Shown: positions 21,642 to 31,686, numbered from the stretch's first letter. The stretch is DNA of 64,000 bases from Candidatus Binatia bacterium (GCA_963666515.2 OY762897.2:4480001-4544000); one strand, 5' to 3'. Numbers and translations are program-made. Notes: a model not told the origin generated them from the sequence alone.

Positions 21642-22661
21642 CTACTTCTTCCACCCCTGGTTGTTATACCAGGCCAGGGCCTTGTCGTAGAACTCCTGGA
21701 ACATGATGTCCTTCATCGGCGGGATCTTGGTGTCCTTGGCGATGGACTTGGTCCAGAAAGCCGAATCGATGTACGCCTTGATGCCCCCTGCGGTCGCCTG
21801 ACAGCGGTCGGGGATGGATTTCGCTTCCACCACCTCGATCTCGTACATCTTCTTGGCGATGTGCGGCTTGTTGCGCATCACGTTCTGGTAGACGTTCAGC
21901 ACCTCTTCGGCGTTCTTGGGGTCGTTAACGAAGGCGCATCCGCGAATGAGCGTGCCGAACAGGGCGACGGACTTGTCGGGGTTGTCCTTGATGAAGTTCT
22001 TGTTCATGGCGAGCTGCAGGAACGCATATTCCTTGACGAACTGTTCCGCGGCGCCGAGAACGGTCAACCCCGCATCGCGTGCCGCCAGCATCTTGCCGAA
22101 GGTGAGCGAGCCCACGTCGATCTTGCCGGCCTTGACGCCTGCCAACCGCGCGGACGATCCGCCGACCTTGACCAGACGCACGTCCTTCTCCGGGATGCCC
22201 GCGTTCTGCAGCAGCTTGAGGGAGACGTAGACGTTGCCGGACGTGGGAGAGCTGATGCCCACCTTCACCGGCCGCGGCAGGTCCTTGTAGGACTTGACGT
22301 GCTTCCCGCCTACGAGCCAGTAGGGCAGGGTGTTCAACTCGGTGCCGACGATGCGGATGTTGCTGCCCGGCCGAATGGCCAGCGCGATGTTGTCGTCCGA
22401 GCCGAAGAAGGGGAGCTGACCCCGTTCCAGAGCGAGGACCGCGGCATTCTCACCACCTGATACCGAGTAGACCCTGGCGTCGTAGCCGATGTCCTTGAAG
22501 AAACCCTTGTGGATGCCCACCTGCTCCACCAGCGACGTGGTGGAGTTGGTCTGCGCCACCGGAATGCGGAGCTTCTCCAACGCGAGCGCCTGACCGCCCC
22601 AGAGCAGTAGCGCGCCCAACAGGGCGGCGACGACCCCCTTGACGATGCACTTCTCCCTCAT
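21642..22661 (-). CDS. ABC substrate-binding protein, NMT1/SsuA/THI5-like (copy 3)
   Basis: Signal peptide; GFFKDIG, VGISSPTSG and GGSSARLAG motifs; paralogous to its neighbours. Confidence 0.85.
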   Translation of the reverse strand: MREKCIVKGVVAALLGALLLWGGQALALEKLRIPVAQTNSTTSLVEQVGIHKGFFKDIGYDARVYSVSGGENAAVLALERGQLPFFGSDDNIALAIRPGSNIRIVGTELNTLPYWLVGGKHVKSYKDLPRPVKVGISSPTSGNVYVSLKLLQNAGIPEKDVRLVKVGGSSARLAGVKAGKIDVGSLTFGKMLAARDAGLTVLGAAEQFVKEYAFLQLAMNKNFIKDNPDKSVALFGTLIRGCAFVNDPKNAEEVLNVYQNVMRNKPHIAKKMYEIEVVEAKSIPDRCQATAGGIKAYIDSAFWTKSIAKDTKIPPMKDIMFQEFYDKALAWYNNQGWKK

Positions 22662-22700
22662 GCGTTTCCTCCTTGGTTAAGCGCTGCGGCGCAGCGCATG

Positions 22701-22740
22701 AAAAAAGGCCGCCTCCGGCACCGTGGCGCCGGAGGCGGCC
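22701..22740 (-). terminator. Intrinsic terminator between binding-protein copies 2 and 3
   Basis: GGCCGCCTCCGGC...GCCGGAGGCGGCC followed by T6 on the minus strand. Confidence 0.75.
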
Positions 22741-22749
22741 CGTACTCCG

Positions 22750-23769
22750 TTACTTCTTCGTCCAGCCCTTGTTCTTGTACCAGGCCAGGGCGCGGTCGTA
22801 GAACTCGGGGAACATGATCTGACTGGCCGGCGGTATCTTGGTGTCCGCCGAGATGGACTTGCTCCAGACGGCAGACTCGATGTACGCCTTGATAGCCGAC
22901 TCCGTGATCTGGCACCGGCTGGGTATGGACCCTCCGGCCACCTCGATGTTGTACATCTCTGCGCCGATGTCATCAGGGTTGCGCATGACCTTCGTGATCA
23001 CGTGCATCACCTCTTCCTTGTTTGCGGGGTCGTTCACGAAGGCACACCCGCGGATCAGGGTGCCGAACATGGCCTCGGCCTTGTCCGGGTTGTCCTTGAT
23101 GTAGTTCTTGTTCATGGCGAGCTGCAGGAATGCGTATTCCTTGACGAACTGGTTCGCCGCGCCGAGGATCGACAGGTCCGCCTTCTTGGCGCGCAGCATC
23201 ATGCCGAAGGTCAGCGAGCCCACGTCGATCTTGCCGCCCTTGACGCCCGCCAGCCGCGCCGACGATCCGCCGACCTTGACCAGCCGGGTGTCCTTTTGGG
23301 GGATGCCGGCCGCCTCGAGCAGCTTGAGGGACACGTAGACGTTACCCGAGGTGGGAGAGCTGATCCCGACCTTCACCGGCCGCGGCAGGTCCTTGTATGC
23401 CTTGACGTGTTTCCCGGCCACGAGCCAGTACGGCAGCACGTTCATCTCGCTGCCAATGACCCGGATGTTGCTGCCCGGCCGAATGGCGAGGGGGATGTTG
23501 TCGTCCGAGCCGAAGAAGGGGAGCTGGCCCCGTTCCAGGGCGAGGACGGCGGCGTTCTCACCACCCGATACCGAGTAGACCCTGGCGTTATAGCCGATTT
23601 CCTTGAAGAAGCCCTTGTAGATGGCGGTCTGCTCCACCAGCGCCGTGGTGGTGCTGGTCATCGCGACCGGGATGCGGAGATCCTCCATCGCGAGCGCTTG
23701 GCCACCGAATAGCAGACCGGCTCCCAGAAAGGCTGCGGCGATTGTTTTCCAAATGCGCTTGGATTTCAT
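22750..23769 (-). CDS. ABC substrate-binding protein, NMT1/SsuA-like (copy 2)
   Basis: Same motifs as copy 3; shares long identical blocks such as YSVSGGENAAVLALERGQLPFF. Confidence 0.85.
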   Translation of the reverse strand: MKSKRIWKTIAAAFLGAGLLFGGQALAMEDLRIPVAMTSTTTALVEQTAIYKGFFKEIGYNARVYSVSGGENAAVLALERGQLPFFGSDDNIPLAIRPGSNIRVIGSEMNVLPYWLVAGKHVKAYKDLPRPVKVGISSPTSGNVYVSLKLLEAAGIPQKDTRLVKVGGSSARLAGVKGGKIDVGSLTFGMMLRAKKADLSILGAANQFVKEYAFLQLAMNKNYIKDNPDKAEAMFGTLIRGCAFVNDPANKEEVMHVITKVMRNPDDIGAEMYNIEVAGGSIPSRCQITESAIKAYIESAVWSKSISADTKIPPASQIMFPEFYDRALAWYKNKGWTKK

Positions 23770-23785
23770 GAGTAGTCCTCCTTTG

Positions 23786-24808
23786 CTACTTTTTCATCCA
23801 GCCCTTGTTGTTGTACCAGGCAAGGCCCTTGGCGTAGAACTCGGGAAACAGGATCTGGTCGATGGGCGGAACCTTGGTGTCCGCCGGGATGGACTTGGTC
23901 CAGAAGGCCGAATCGAGGAAGGCCTTGATGCCCGCCTCGGTGCCCTGGCAGCGGTCCGGGATGTGCTTGCTCTCGATCACCTCGATCTCGTACATCTCCT
24001 TGGCCAGGCTCGGCTTGTTGCGCATGACCTTCGTGAGGACGTGCATCACCTCTTCCCTGTTCTTCGGGTCGTTGACGTACGCACACCCGCGGACGAGGGT
24101 GCCGAACATGGCCGTGGCCTTGTCCGGATTGTCCTTGATGTAGTTCCTGTTCATGCCGAGTTGCGTAAAGGCGTACTCCTTCACGAACTGGTTGGCGGCG
24201 CCGAGGATCGTCAGTTCCGCTTCCCTGGCGCGCAGCATGTTGCCGAAGGTGAGCGACCCCACGTCGATCTTGCCCGCCTTGACGCCCGCCAAGCGCGCCG
24301 ACGACCCGCCGACCTTCACCAGGCGCACGTCCTTTCTGTGGATGCCGGCGGTCTCGAGCAGCTTGAGGGACACGTAGACATTGCCCGAGGTGGGAGAGCT
24401 GATACCTACTTTCACGGGCCTTGGCAGGTCCTTGTACGACTTGACGTGTTTGCCGCCCACCAGCCAGTAGGGCAGCGTGTTCATCAAGGTGCCGACGACC
24501 CGGATGTTGCTGCCGGGACGAATGGCCAGGGGAACGACGTCGTCCGAGCTGAAGAAGGGGAGTTGACCCCGTTCCAGGGCCAGCACGGCGGCGTTCTCGC
24601 CGCCCGACACCGAGTAGACCGCGGCGTCGTAGCCGATCTCCTTGAACCAGCCCTTGTATATGCCCATCTGCTGCACCAGCGCGGTGCTCGAGTTGGGGGA
24701 CGCCACCGGGATACGCAGCTTCTCCAGGGCCAGCGCGTGGCCGGCGAATAACAGGCTTGCTCCCAACAGGGCTGCGGCGACTCTTCCTGCGACAAGTTCA
24801 GTTTTCAT
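23786..24808 (-). CDS. ABC substrate-binding protein, NMT1/SsuA-like (copy 1)
   Basis: Same motifs and shared blocks as copies 2 and 3. Confidence 0.85.
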   Translation of the reverse strand: MKTELVAGRVAAALLGASLLFAGHALALEKLRIPVASPNSSTALVQQMGIYKGWFKEIGYDAAVYSVSGGENAAVLALERGQLPFFSSDDVVPLAIRPGSNIRVVGTLMNTLPYWLVGGKHVKSYKDLPRPVKVGISSPTSGNVYVSLKLLETAGIHRKDVRLVKVGGSSARLAGVKAGKIDVGSLTFGNMLRAREAELTILGAANQFVKEYAFTQLGMNRNYIKDNPDKATAMFGTLVRGCAYVNDPKNREEVMHVLTKVMRNKPSLAKEMYEIEVIESKHIPDRCQGTEAGIKAFLDSAFWTKSIPADTKVPPIDQILFPEFYAKGLAWYNNKGWMKK

Positions 24809-24896
24809 CGGCTTCCCTCCTTGTTTGTGAGACTCAGCCCAGAACTTCGCGTCATTGCCGGTGCATAGGAATGGCGCTCGCCTGGCGAACTGCAGA

Positions 24897-25688
24897 CTAT
24901 TCCTCCATGGCCTTGCGGGCTTCGTCCGCCAGCAGCTCCCAAATGTCGTGCTTGATCTGCAGGAACTCGGGTTCTTCCTTGACTCGTAGTGTGCGGGGGG
25001 TGGGGAACGGGACCTTGATCTCCTTCATGATGGTGCCGGGCCGGAAGCTGAAGCAGAACACGATATCGGAAAGGAAGACGGCTTCCTCGATATCGTGGGT
25101 GACGAAAATCACGATCTTGCCGGAGTTCTTCCAGTCCACCATGCGCTGGAGCTCTTCCTGCATGAGCAGGCGCGTCTGTGCGTCCAGCGATGCGAAGGGC
25201 TCGTCCATCAGAAGGATTTCGGGATTCACGGCCAGTGCCCGGGCGAGGTTCACCCTCTGCTGCATGCCGCCGGACAGTTCATGGGGGTAGTGGCTCTCGA
25301 AGCCGCGCAGGCCGACGATCTGCGTGTACTTGTCGCAGATTTCCATCTTCTCCGTGGCGCTCTTGGTGCGGTCGTTCTCGATACCGAACTTGATGTTGTC
25401 GGTCACGTTGCGCCAAGGCAGCAGCAGGGCCTGCTGGAACACCACGGCCTTGTTGGGCGTCGGGCCGACCACCTCGTCCCCGTCCAGAAGGATGCGGCCC
25501 CGGGTGGGCGGAAGCAGTCCGTGGATCATGTGCAGCATGGTCGTCTTGCCGCATCCGCTGGGACCGACGAACGAATAGAACGTCCCCGGCCGGAGATCCA
25601 TGTCGATCCCGCCCACGGCGTGGACCGTCTCTCCGGTGGGTTTCATGAATGTTTTGTGGACCTGTTCTACCTGAATCGATGACGACAC
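24897..25688 (-). CDS. ABC transporter ATP-binding protein (TauB/SsuB type)
   Basis: GPSGCGKT, LSGGMQQR, LLMDEPF and VTHD motifs. Confidence 0.93.
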   Translation of the reverse strand: MSSSIQVEQVHKTFMKPTGETVHAVGGIDMDLRPGTFYSFVGPSGCGKTTMLHMIHGLLPPTRGRILLDGDEVVGPTPNKAVVFQQALLLPWRNVTDNIKFGIENDRTKSATEKMEICDKYTQIVGLRGFESHYPHELSGGMQQRVNLARALAVNPEILLMDEPFASLDAQTRLLMQEELQRMVDWKNSGKIVIFVTHDIEEAVFLSDIVFCFSFRPGTIMKEIKVPFPTPRTLRVKEEPEFLQIKHDIWELLADEARKAMEE

Positions 25689-25691
25689 GGA

Positions 25692-26477
25692 CTACTCCTG
25701 TAGTTGGGTATCACGCCAGGGCGCCATGCGGCGCTCGATCATGAGGATGACCTGGTTGAAGATCACGCCGGTGCCGGCGAGCATGGCCGCGCACGACATC
25801 ATGAGCGGCATGTTGAAGGTGTCGAGCCCCTTGAAAAGCTGATAGCCGAGGCCCGCATAGGCGCCGAAATATTCTCCCACGACGACGCCGACGATCCCGC
25901 GGGAGATGCCCAGGCGCAGCCCCGTGACGATGTACGGGAGCGAACCCGGAATCAGGATCTTGTAGAGGATCTGGCGCTGGGGGATGCAGAACGAGTTGGC
26001 CAGGGTCTGGAACTCCTTGCCGACGCTCAGCACCCCCGTGTAGGTGTTCAGGACGATGGGGACCACCGCGGTGATGAGGACGATGACGATCTTGGCGGTG
26101 AGGTCCACGCCGAACCAGATGATGATGAGCGGGGCCAGGGCCACCGACGGGGTGGCGTAGATGGCGCTGAGCCAGGGATCGAAGAACTCCCGGAACACCC
26201 GGCTGATGCCGAACACCATGCCGAAGCCGATGCCCGAGGCCGCGGCCACGGCGTAGCCCCAGAAGAACTCGATGCCGCTGATCTGAAGATCGTCGAGGAT
26301 CTCGCCGCTGGCGAAGAGCTCGTAGGTGTAGGTGACGACCCGCCACGGGCCCACGAAGAACAGCTCGCTGCCCACCTGCCAGTCCGCGAACTGCCAGAAC
26401 GCCGCAACGATGGCGAAACCGAAGAAGGCGTTCAGCCACTTGCGCTGCTGCTGATAAAGGTTTGACAAGGCTTCCAT
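25692..26477 (-). CDS. ABC transporter permease (TauC/SsuC type)
   Basis: Multiple TM helices; P..ALAPL..IWFG and PGSLPYIVTGLRLG motifs. Confidence 0.9.
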   Translation of the reverse strand: MEALSNLYQQQRKWLNAFFGFAIVAAFWQFADWQVGSELFFVGPWRVVTYTYELFASGEILDDLQISGIEFFWGYAVAAASGIGFGMVFGISRVFREFFDPWLSAIYATPSVALAPLIIIWFGVDLTAKIVIVLITAVVPIVLNTYTGVLSVGKEFQTLANSFCIPQRQILYKILIPGSLPYIVTGLRLGISRGIVGVVVGEYFGAYAGLGYQLFKGLDTFNMPLMMSCAAMLAGTGVIFNQVILMIERRMAPWRDTQLQE

Positions 26478-26501
26478 GGTCCTGCTTCCGGCTCTTTCGA
26501 C

Positions 26502-27329
26502 CTACACCAGGGTCTTTCTGTAAGGCGTGGCCCAGCGCTCGACGAACTTCAGCGCCTCGTTGCCGGCGATGCCCATGATGGTCAGCAGCGAGATGCCCAC
26601 CATCATCTCGGCCACGTGGAACGTCTGCGTGGCGTGGTCGATCATGTAGCCGATGCCGGCCTCGGCGCCGAACAGCTCTGCGACCATGATGGTGACCACG
26701 GACCGGGAGTAGCCGAGCCGAAGGCCCGCGATCAGGAACGGCATCGATCCCGGCACGATGATCTTGGTCAGCATGGCCCAGAAGGAAATGTTGAACGCCC
26801 GGCCCAGCATGCGGAACTCGCCCTGGACGTTCTTGATGCCGGCCTGGGTGTTGATGATCACGGGGAAGACCGAGGCCAGGGTGATGACGCCGACCTTGGA
26901 GGCGATGCCCAGCCCCAGCCAGATGATGAACAGCGGTGCGGCCACCGAGCGCGGCGTGGCGTAGAGACCCACCAGGATGGGGGAGAACATCTCGTCCAGG
27001 GTCCGGCTGAAGGCCACCCCTGCGCCGATGACCACCCCGAGAAACGTGGCCAAGGCGAAGCCGTACACGAGTTCGGTGCTGCTGTAGCTCACGTGCTCCC
27101 AGAAGCGGGGCTCGTAGATCAGCACGGTGAACTCGATTGCCACCGCGACGGGGCCGGTGAAGAAGTCGGGGTCGTCGAAGATGAAGTCGATGAACTCCCA
27201 CGTCAACAGGGCCAAGACCACGGACAGGCAGAAGTTGATGCCGATGCGGTGGCGGTTGTAGGCGGCTCTCACCGACGCTGCAAACGAATCGTCGGTGTCT
27301 TCGAGGGGTATCTCTTGTGTCTTGCTCAT
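26502..27329 (-). CDS. ABC transporter permease (TauC/SsuC type)
   Basis: TM helices; IWLGLG, PGSMPFLIAGLRLG and AELFGAEAGIG motifs. Confidence 0.9.
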   Translation of the reverse strand: MSKTQEIPLEDTDDSFAASVRAAYNRHRIGINFCLSVVLALLTWEFIDFIFDDPDFFTGPVAVAIEFTVLIYEPRFWEHVSYSSTELVYGFALATFLGVVIGAGVAFSRTLDEMFSPILVGLYATPRSVAAPLFIIWLGLGIASKVGVITLASVFPVIINTQAGIKNVQGEFRMLGRAFNISFWAMLTKIIVPGSMPFLIAGLRLGYSRSVVTIMVAELFGAEAGIGYMIDHATQTFHVAEMMVGISLLTIMGIAGNEALKFVERWATPYRKTLV

Positions 27330-27490
27330 GGAATTCGATGGGCGCGGGAATGGGGCTCCGATTCGGTCAAGCCCTGCGTCTTACGGGTATTGCGAACATA
27401 TGTCAAGCGGTTTTGGATGCCCGTTTTCGGCAATTTTTCGGGCGAATTGCGCGCTGCTGACTCCGTCTCGACACCCGCCGGACGAAGGGC

Positions 27491-28036
27491 CTACACCACG
27501 ACCACCTCGTCGGCTTCGTCGATTTCCGCGACCCTGACGCGCACGTCGCCGCCCTTCGACACGTCGACCTCCTTGCCCACCAGACGGGCCTCGATGGGCA
27601 GTTCCCGTCCGCCCCGGTCCACCAACACGGCCAGGAAGATGGCCTTGGGCCGGCCCAGGGCCATCAGGTGGTCCACGGCGGCGCGCACGGTGCGGCCCGT
27701 ATGGAGGACATCGTCGAACAGGATCAGGGTCCTGTCGGTGACCTCGAACGGGATGTGGGTAGCGTCGATGCGTCCCTTGGGGAGCAGCGTGTTGAGGTCG
27801 TCGCGGTAGAGGGTGATGTCCAGTTCGCCCACTGGCACCTGCAAGGCGTGCCGTTGCCCGAGGATATCCGCCACCCGCCGGGCCAGGGTCGGGCCCCGGG
27901 TGCGGATGCCGATGAACGCCAGCGAGCCGGAGTCCCGGTAGTCCTCGGAGATGCGTCGGGCAAAGCCCGTGAGGACCCGTTTGATCTGCGCCGCGCTGAG
28001 CACGCGGGTGGTCTTGGCCGGCCTAGATTTCTGCAT
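27491..28036 (-). CDS. pyrR: Bifunctional pyrimidine regulator PyrR / uracil phosphoribosyltransferase
   Basis: GIRTRG, LDITLYRDD, DDVLHTGRTVRAA and VDRGGRELPI motifs. Confidence 0.92.
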   Translation of the reverse strand: MQKSRPAKTTRVLSAAQIKRVLTGFARRISEDYRDSGSLAFIGIRTRGPTLARRVADILGQRHALQVPVGELDITLYRDDLNTLLPKGRIDATHIPFEVTDRTLILFDDVLHTGRTVRAAVDHLMALGRPKAIFLAVLVDRGGRELPIEARLVGKEVDVSKGGDVRVRVAEIDEADEVVVV

Positions 28037-29282
28037 GAGCGGCTCTCAGGATGGCTTCCACAAGGAGCTGGGTTCCGAGGCAGATGTCCTCGGGGTCGGT
28101 CCACTCCGTCGGGTTGTGACTGACGCCGTTGGTGCTGGGAATGAAGATCATGCCGGTGGGCGCGACCCGGGCCATCTGCATGGCGTCGTGCCCAGCCCCC
28201 GACGGCATCACCTCGAAGGGAACGTCGCGTTCCTCGCACATGCCGCGGATGAGCGCGATCACGCCCGGGTGCATGGCCACCGGCTCCTCGTCCCGGATGG
28301 TCACGATCTCGGCCTTCACGCCCCGCTCCCGGGCGATCTGCCGGGCCCGCTTCCGGATCAGCCCGGCCACCTTGCGCTTGGAGGCGGAGGTGATGCTGCG
28401 CACGTCCACCTGCAGTTCCGCCCGGCCGGGTATGGCGTTGATGACCCCCGGCTCCACCTTGACCGCGCCCACCGTGCCCACCACCCGGCCCTTCTCCGTG
28501 GCGGAATGTTCCCGGCAGACCTCGTCGATGTAGGTGATGAGGTATCCCGCGGCCACCAGCGCGTCCTTGCGCATTTCCATGGGGGTGGTGCCGCTGTGGT
28601 CCGCCTGCCCCTTGAAGACCACCCTGAACCGGCTCGGGGCGGCGATGGCCGTGACCACGCCGATCTTCTTCTTCTTCGATTCGAGCACGGGTCCCTGCTC
28701 GATGTGGAGTTCGAGGTAGGCCTTGACCGTGTCGGGATCCCGTTTCAGCGAGTCGAGGTTCTCCCGGTAGATGCCCAGGCTCGACAGCACGTCCTCGAGC
28801 CGGTTGCCGCCCGCGTCCACGGCGTTGGCGAAGTCGTCCATGGTGACGTCGCCCGCCACCAGGCTGCTGCCCAGGGTGGCGAACCCGAAACGGCTGGATT
28901 CCTCGCCGACGAAGCAGACGCTTTCCAGCGGCGCCGGCAGGGAAACGCCGCTCTCCTTGATGGTGCGCACCGCTTCGAGGGCGCCGATGACCCCCACCGG
29001 GCCGTCGTACCGCCCCCCCTGGACCACCGAATCGAGGTGCGACCCGGCCAGCACCGCCGGTCCTTCCCGTGCCGCCGCCAGCCGCCCGAAGATGTTCCCC
29101 GCCGCGTCCACGTGCACGTCCAGGCCGGCCTGGTTCATCAGGTGGACCAGCAGTTGCCGGGATCGCAGCTCGTGCACCGAGAACACCAGCCGCGTGACCG
29201 CGCCGCCCTCGCCCAGGCCGATGCGCGACACCGCGTTGAGGTCGCGCAAGAGCCTGTCTCTATTGATTTCGGGGACTTCCAT
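28023..29282 (-). CDS. Zn-dependent N-carbamoyl amidohydrolase (allantoate amidohydrolase / beta-ureidopropionase family)
   Basis: GSHLDSV, GRYDG, GEESSRF, ELHIEQG, HSGTTPM, SGAGHDA and SHNP motifs. Confidence 0.9.
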   Translation of the reverse strand: MEVPEINRDRLLRDLNAVSRIGLGEGGAVTRLVFSVHELRSRQLLVHLMNQAGLDVHVDAAGNIFGRLAAAREGPAVLAGSHLDSVVQGGRYDGPVGVIGALEAVRTIKESGVSLPAPLESVCFVGEESSRFGFATLGSSLVAGDVTMDDFANAVDAGGNRLEDVLSSLGIYRENLDSLKRDPDTVKAYLELHIEQGPVLESKKKKIGVVTAIAAPSRFRVVFKGQADHSGTTPMEMRKDALVAAGYLITYIDEVCREHSATEKGRVVGTVGAVKVEPGVINAIPGRAELQVDVRSITSASKRKVAGLIRKRARQIARERGVKAEIVTIRDEEPVAMHPGVIALIRGMCEERDVPFEVMPSGAGHDAMQMARVAPTGMIFIPSTNGVSHNPTEWTDPEDICLGTQLLVEAILRAAHAEI

Positions 29283-29383
29283 CCGACGACTCGACCGATC
29301 GGGAGAGGAAGCATGGTAACAGGAAAGGACGGACGTAAACAACGTCTGGCAAAGGCTCATCCGCCGTGATAAGAACCGCATCC

Positions 29384-30052
29384 ATGTCCGAGACCGGAAA
29401 GAGAATCGCCGAGTTGCTGCTGAGCACGCAGTCCATCCAGGTGTACGACGAAAGACCCTTCGTGTTCGTCTCGGGCCGGGTCTCGCCGGTCTACATCGAC
29501 TGCCGCCGTCTGCTGTCCTTCCCGGAGGCCCGGGACGAGATCCTGGAGGCGCTGGCGCAGATCGCGCGCCGCGACATCGGCCTCGACAACATGGACGTGG
29601 TGGCCGGGGGCGAGACCGCGGGCATTCCCTATGCCGCCTTCGTCTCCCACTACCTGCGGAAGCCCATGATCTACATCCGCAAGAACCCCAAGGGCTACGG
29701 GCACACCAACCAGATCGAAGGCGTCCTTGGCGAGGGCCAGCGGGTCACGCTGGTGGAGGACTTGGTGACCGACGGCTTCAGCAAGCTCCGCTTCAACATC
29801 GGGGTCCGCGCCCAGAAGGCGCGCATCACTCACTGCCTCTGTGTCTTCGAGTACAGCTCCGACAATCTGGACATGCACGAGGGAAAGAAGAACCTGGGCG
29901 ACCACGACATCAGCCTGCACACCCTGTCCAACTGGGACGACGTCCTGGACGCCGGCGAAGAGACGCAGTTCTTCTCTCAGGAGAACCGGGACCAGATCGT
30001 CGATTTCCTCAAGGACCCCTCCAACTGGGGCCGCCGCATGGGCTTCGAGTAA
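29384..30052 (+). CDS. pyrE: Orotate phosphoribosyltransferase
   Basis: SGRVSPVYIDCR, AGGETAGIP, YIRK.PKGYG and VEDLVTDG motifs. Confidence 0.9.
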   Translation: MSETGKRIAELLLSTQSIQVYDERPFVFVSGRVSPVYIDCRRLLSFPEARDEILEALAQIARRDIGLDNMDVVAGGETAGIPYAAFVSHYLRKPMIYIRKNPKGYGHTNQIEGVLGEGQRVTLVEDLVTDGFSKLRFNIGVRAQKARITHCLCVFEYSSDNLDMHEGKKNLGDHDISLHTLSNWDDVLDAGEETQFFSQENRDQIVDFLKDPSNWGRRMGFE

Positions 30053-30078
30053 CGGCCGCTGCCGACAATGCCCGAACC

Positions 30079-30106
30079 CGTCATTCCGGCGAAAGCCGGA
30101 ATCCAG
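30079..30106. repeat. REP/RPE-type palindromic element
   Basis: CGTCATTCCGGCGAAAGCCGGAATCCAG hairpin of the GTCATTCC..GAAA..GGAATCCA class, between convergent genes. Confidence 0.7.
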
Positions 30107-30133
30107 GCGGGGCGGGGAGCGGTAGGTCTGCCG

Positions 30134-30766
30134 TCACTCCTCCTCGTAGATCTCCACATCCACCGGCTTTCCCCCCACCGGCATGTCCGGGCACGCGCTG
30201 AAGGCCGCCAGAAGGTCCCGCTCCGCGCGCATGTCCACGTTGGTGGGCGCCGCAGGCCGGATGGCGGTGTGCTGCATCAGCCCGGTCTTGCCGTCGATGA
30301 TCATGTGCTGGAAGAGGTTGAAGGGGCTCGGAATATCCTCCGGCGCGATGTCGTAGGGCGCCAGCGCCCCGGACAGGTTCTCCCAGCAGCCGTGGTCCGG
30401 GATCTCGTCGTCCCGGTAGTCCCGGTGGTAGTACTCCCGCAGCCGCCCCTCCTCCTTGGCCAACTGGAAGCGGCGTCCGCTGCACATTCCCTTCTGCAGG
30501 TCGTGGGTGCCTTCCTCGAAGGTGTCCGCCACGATGGTCATGAAGTGTTGGTTGTCCCGGGACATCAGCTTGTCGCCGGTGCTCAGGAAGATTTTCCCGT
30601 TGTAGACCTTGGTGCGGGCCTGGTCGAACCGCTCCCGCAGGTTGTCCCGGTCCAGCACCAGGAAGTCCACCGTGGACATGGCGATGATGCGGATGATCTG
30701 CCCCTCCTTGAGGTCCCCGGACCAGCCGCTGTTGGCGGCGACGTGCTCGCTGGATATCTTTTTCAT
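30134..30766 (-). CDS. DUF1989 protein (second paralog)
   Basis: ERFDQARTK, HDLQKGMCS, HGCWENL, PSPFNLF and SACP motifs shared with 19703..20356. Confidence 0.85.
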   Translation of the reverse strand: MKKISSEHVAANSGWSGDLKEGQIIRIIAMSTVDFLVLDRDNLRERFDQARTKVYNGKIFLSTGDKLMSRDNQHFMTIVADTFEEGTHDLQKGMCSGRRFQLAKEEGRLREYYHRDYRDDEIPDHGCWENLSGALAPYDIAPEDIPSPFNLFQHMIIDGKTGLMQHTAIRPAAPTNVDMRAERDLLAAFSACPDMPVGGKPVDVEIYEEE

Positions 30767-30819
30767 GTCGGCCTCCTTCGCAGCCGAATGTGGCCCGGCG
30801 CGCGGGGATTTTCAACACC

Positions 30820-31686
30820 TCACCGTATCGCGGTGATCAGCACCACCCCCAGCACGATGAGACCCGCGGCCGCCACCTTCCTCACGGTAATCACCTCCAC
30901 TTCGCGCAGGAACACCGCTGACAGCACCAGGCTGTAGAGCGGGCTCAGGCTCGCCAGCGGGGCGACGATGACGACGTCCGACAGGTGCAGGGACATGAAC
31001 ACGCTGGCGACACCCAGGGTCACCGCGCAGCCGGCGAGGAGGAAATAGCCCAGGGAGCGCCGGTCGAAGCGGACCATGGACCAGTTGCGCGAGACGGTCA
31101 GCGACACGGCGACGGCGACCAGGGAGGTGCCGGTGGTGGTGGCGGCCCCCAGGATCGGCAGGGTGATCTGCGCCAGGCCGATCTTGCGGATGACCTGGGT
31201 GGAGCCGGCCACGAAGGCGCTCAGGAGCGGCAGGGCGACCAGGATGTTCATCCACGCGCCGGTCTTTTCCTCGCGCAGGCTGAGCAGGGTGATGCCGAAG
31301 ACCACCAGCGCCGTTCCCGCGCCCACCGCCGGCGTGAGCTGCTCGCCCAGCACCGCGATGGCCATCAGCGACGAGAACAGCGGCGTCGTGGCCCGGAGCG
31401 GCGCCGTCACCGCCACCCCGACCTTCTCCACGCTCAGGTAGGCCAGGTAGCGGGTGCCGCCGGGCTGGATCAGGCCCACCAGCACGAAGATAAGAAGCTC
31501 CGGACGCAGGATCCGGTCCCACGGCAGCACCGCCAGGACGAAGCTCCAGAACGACACCACGTTGATGGCCAGGGAGATGACGATGGCGGTGACGGGGTTG
31601 CCGTGCGCCAGCCCCTTCTTGAGCAGGATCAGGTTGATGGCGGTGAAGAGCCCGCAGGCGAGGGCGAAGGCTTCGGCCGGGACCAC
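30820..31686 (-). CDS. DMT/EamA family transporter
   Basis: About 10 hydrophobic helices in two EamA-like repeats (LGEQLT and FLRE). Confidence 0.85.
   Translation of the reverse strand: MVPAEAFALACGLFTAINLILLKKGLAHGNPVTAIVISLAINVVSFWSFVLAVLPWDRILRPELLIFVLVGLIQPGGTRYLAYLSVEKVGVAVTAPLRATTPLFSSLMAIAVLGEQLTPAVGAGTALVVFGITLLSLREEKTGAWMNILVALPLLSAFVAGSTQVIRKIGLAQITLPILGAATTTGTSLVAVAVSLTVSRNWSMVRFDRRSLGYFLLAGCAVTLGVASVFMSLHLSDVVIVAPLASLSPLYSLVLSAVFLREVEVITVRKVAAAGLIVLGVVLITAIR

Noticed and set aside
29283-29383. PyrR-binding attenuator upstream of pyrE
   Set aside because: Only weak similarity to ARUCCNGNGAGGYU and no terminator hairpin
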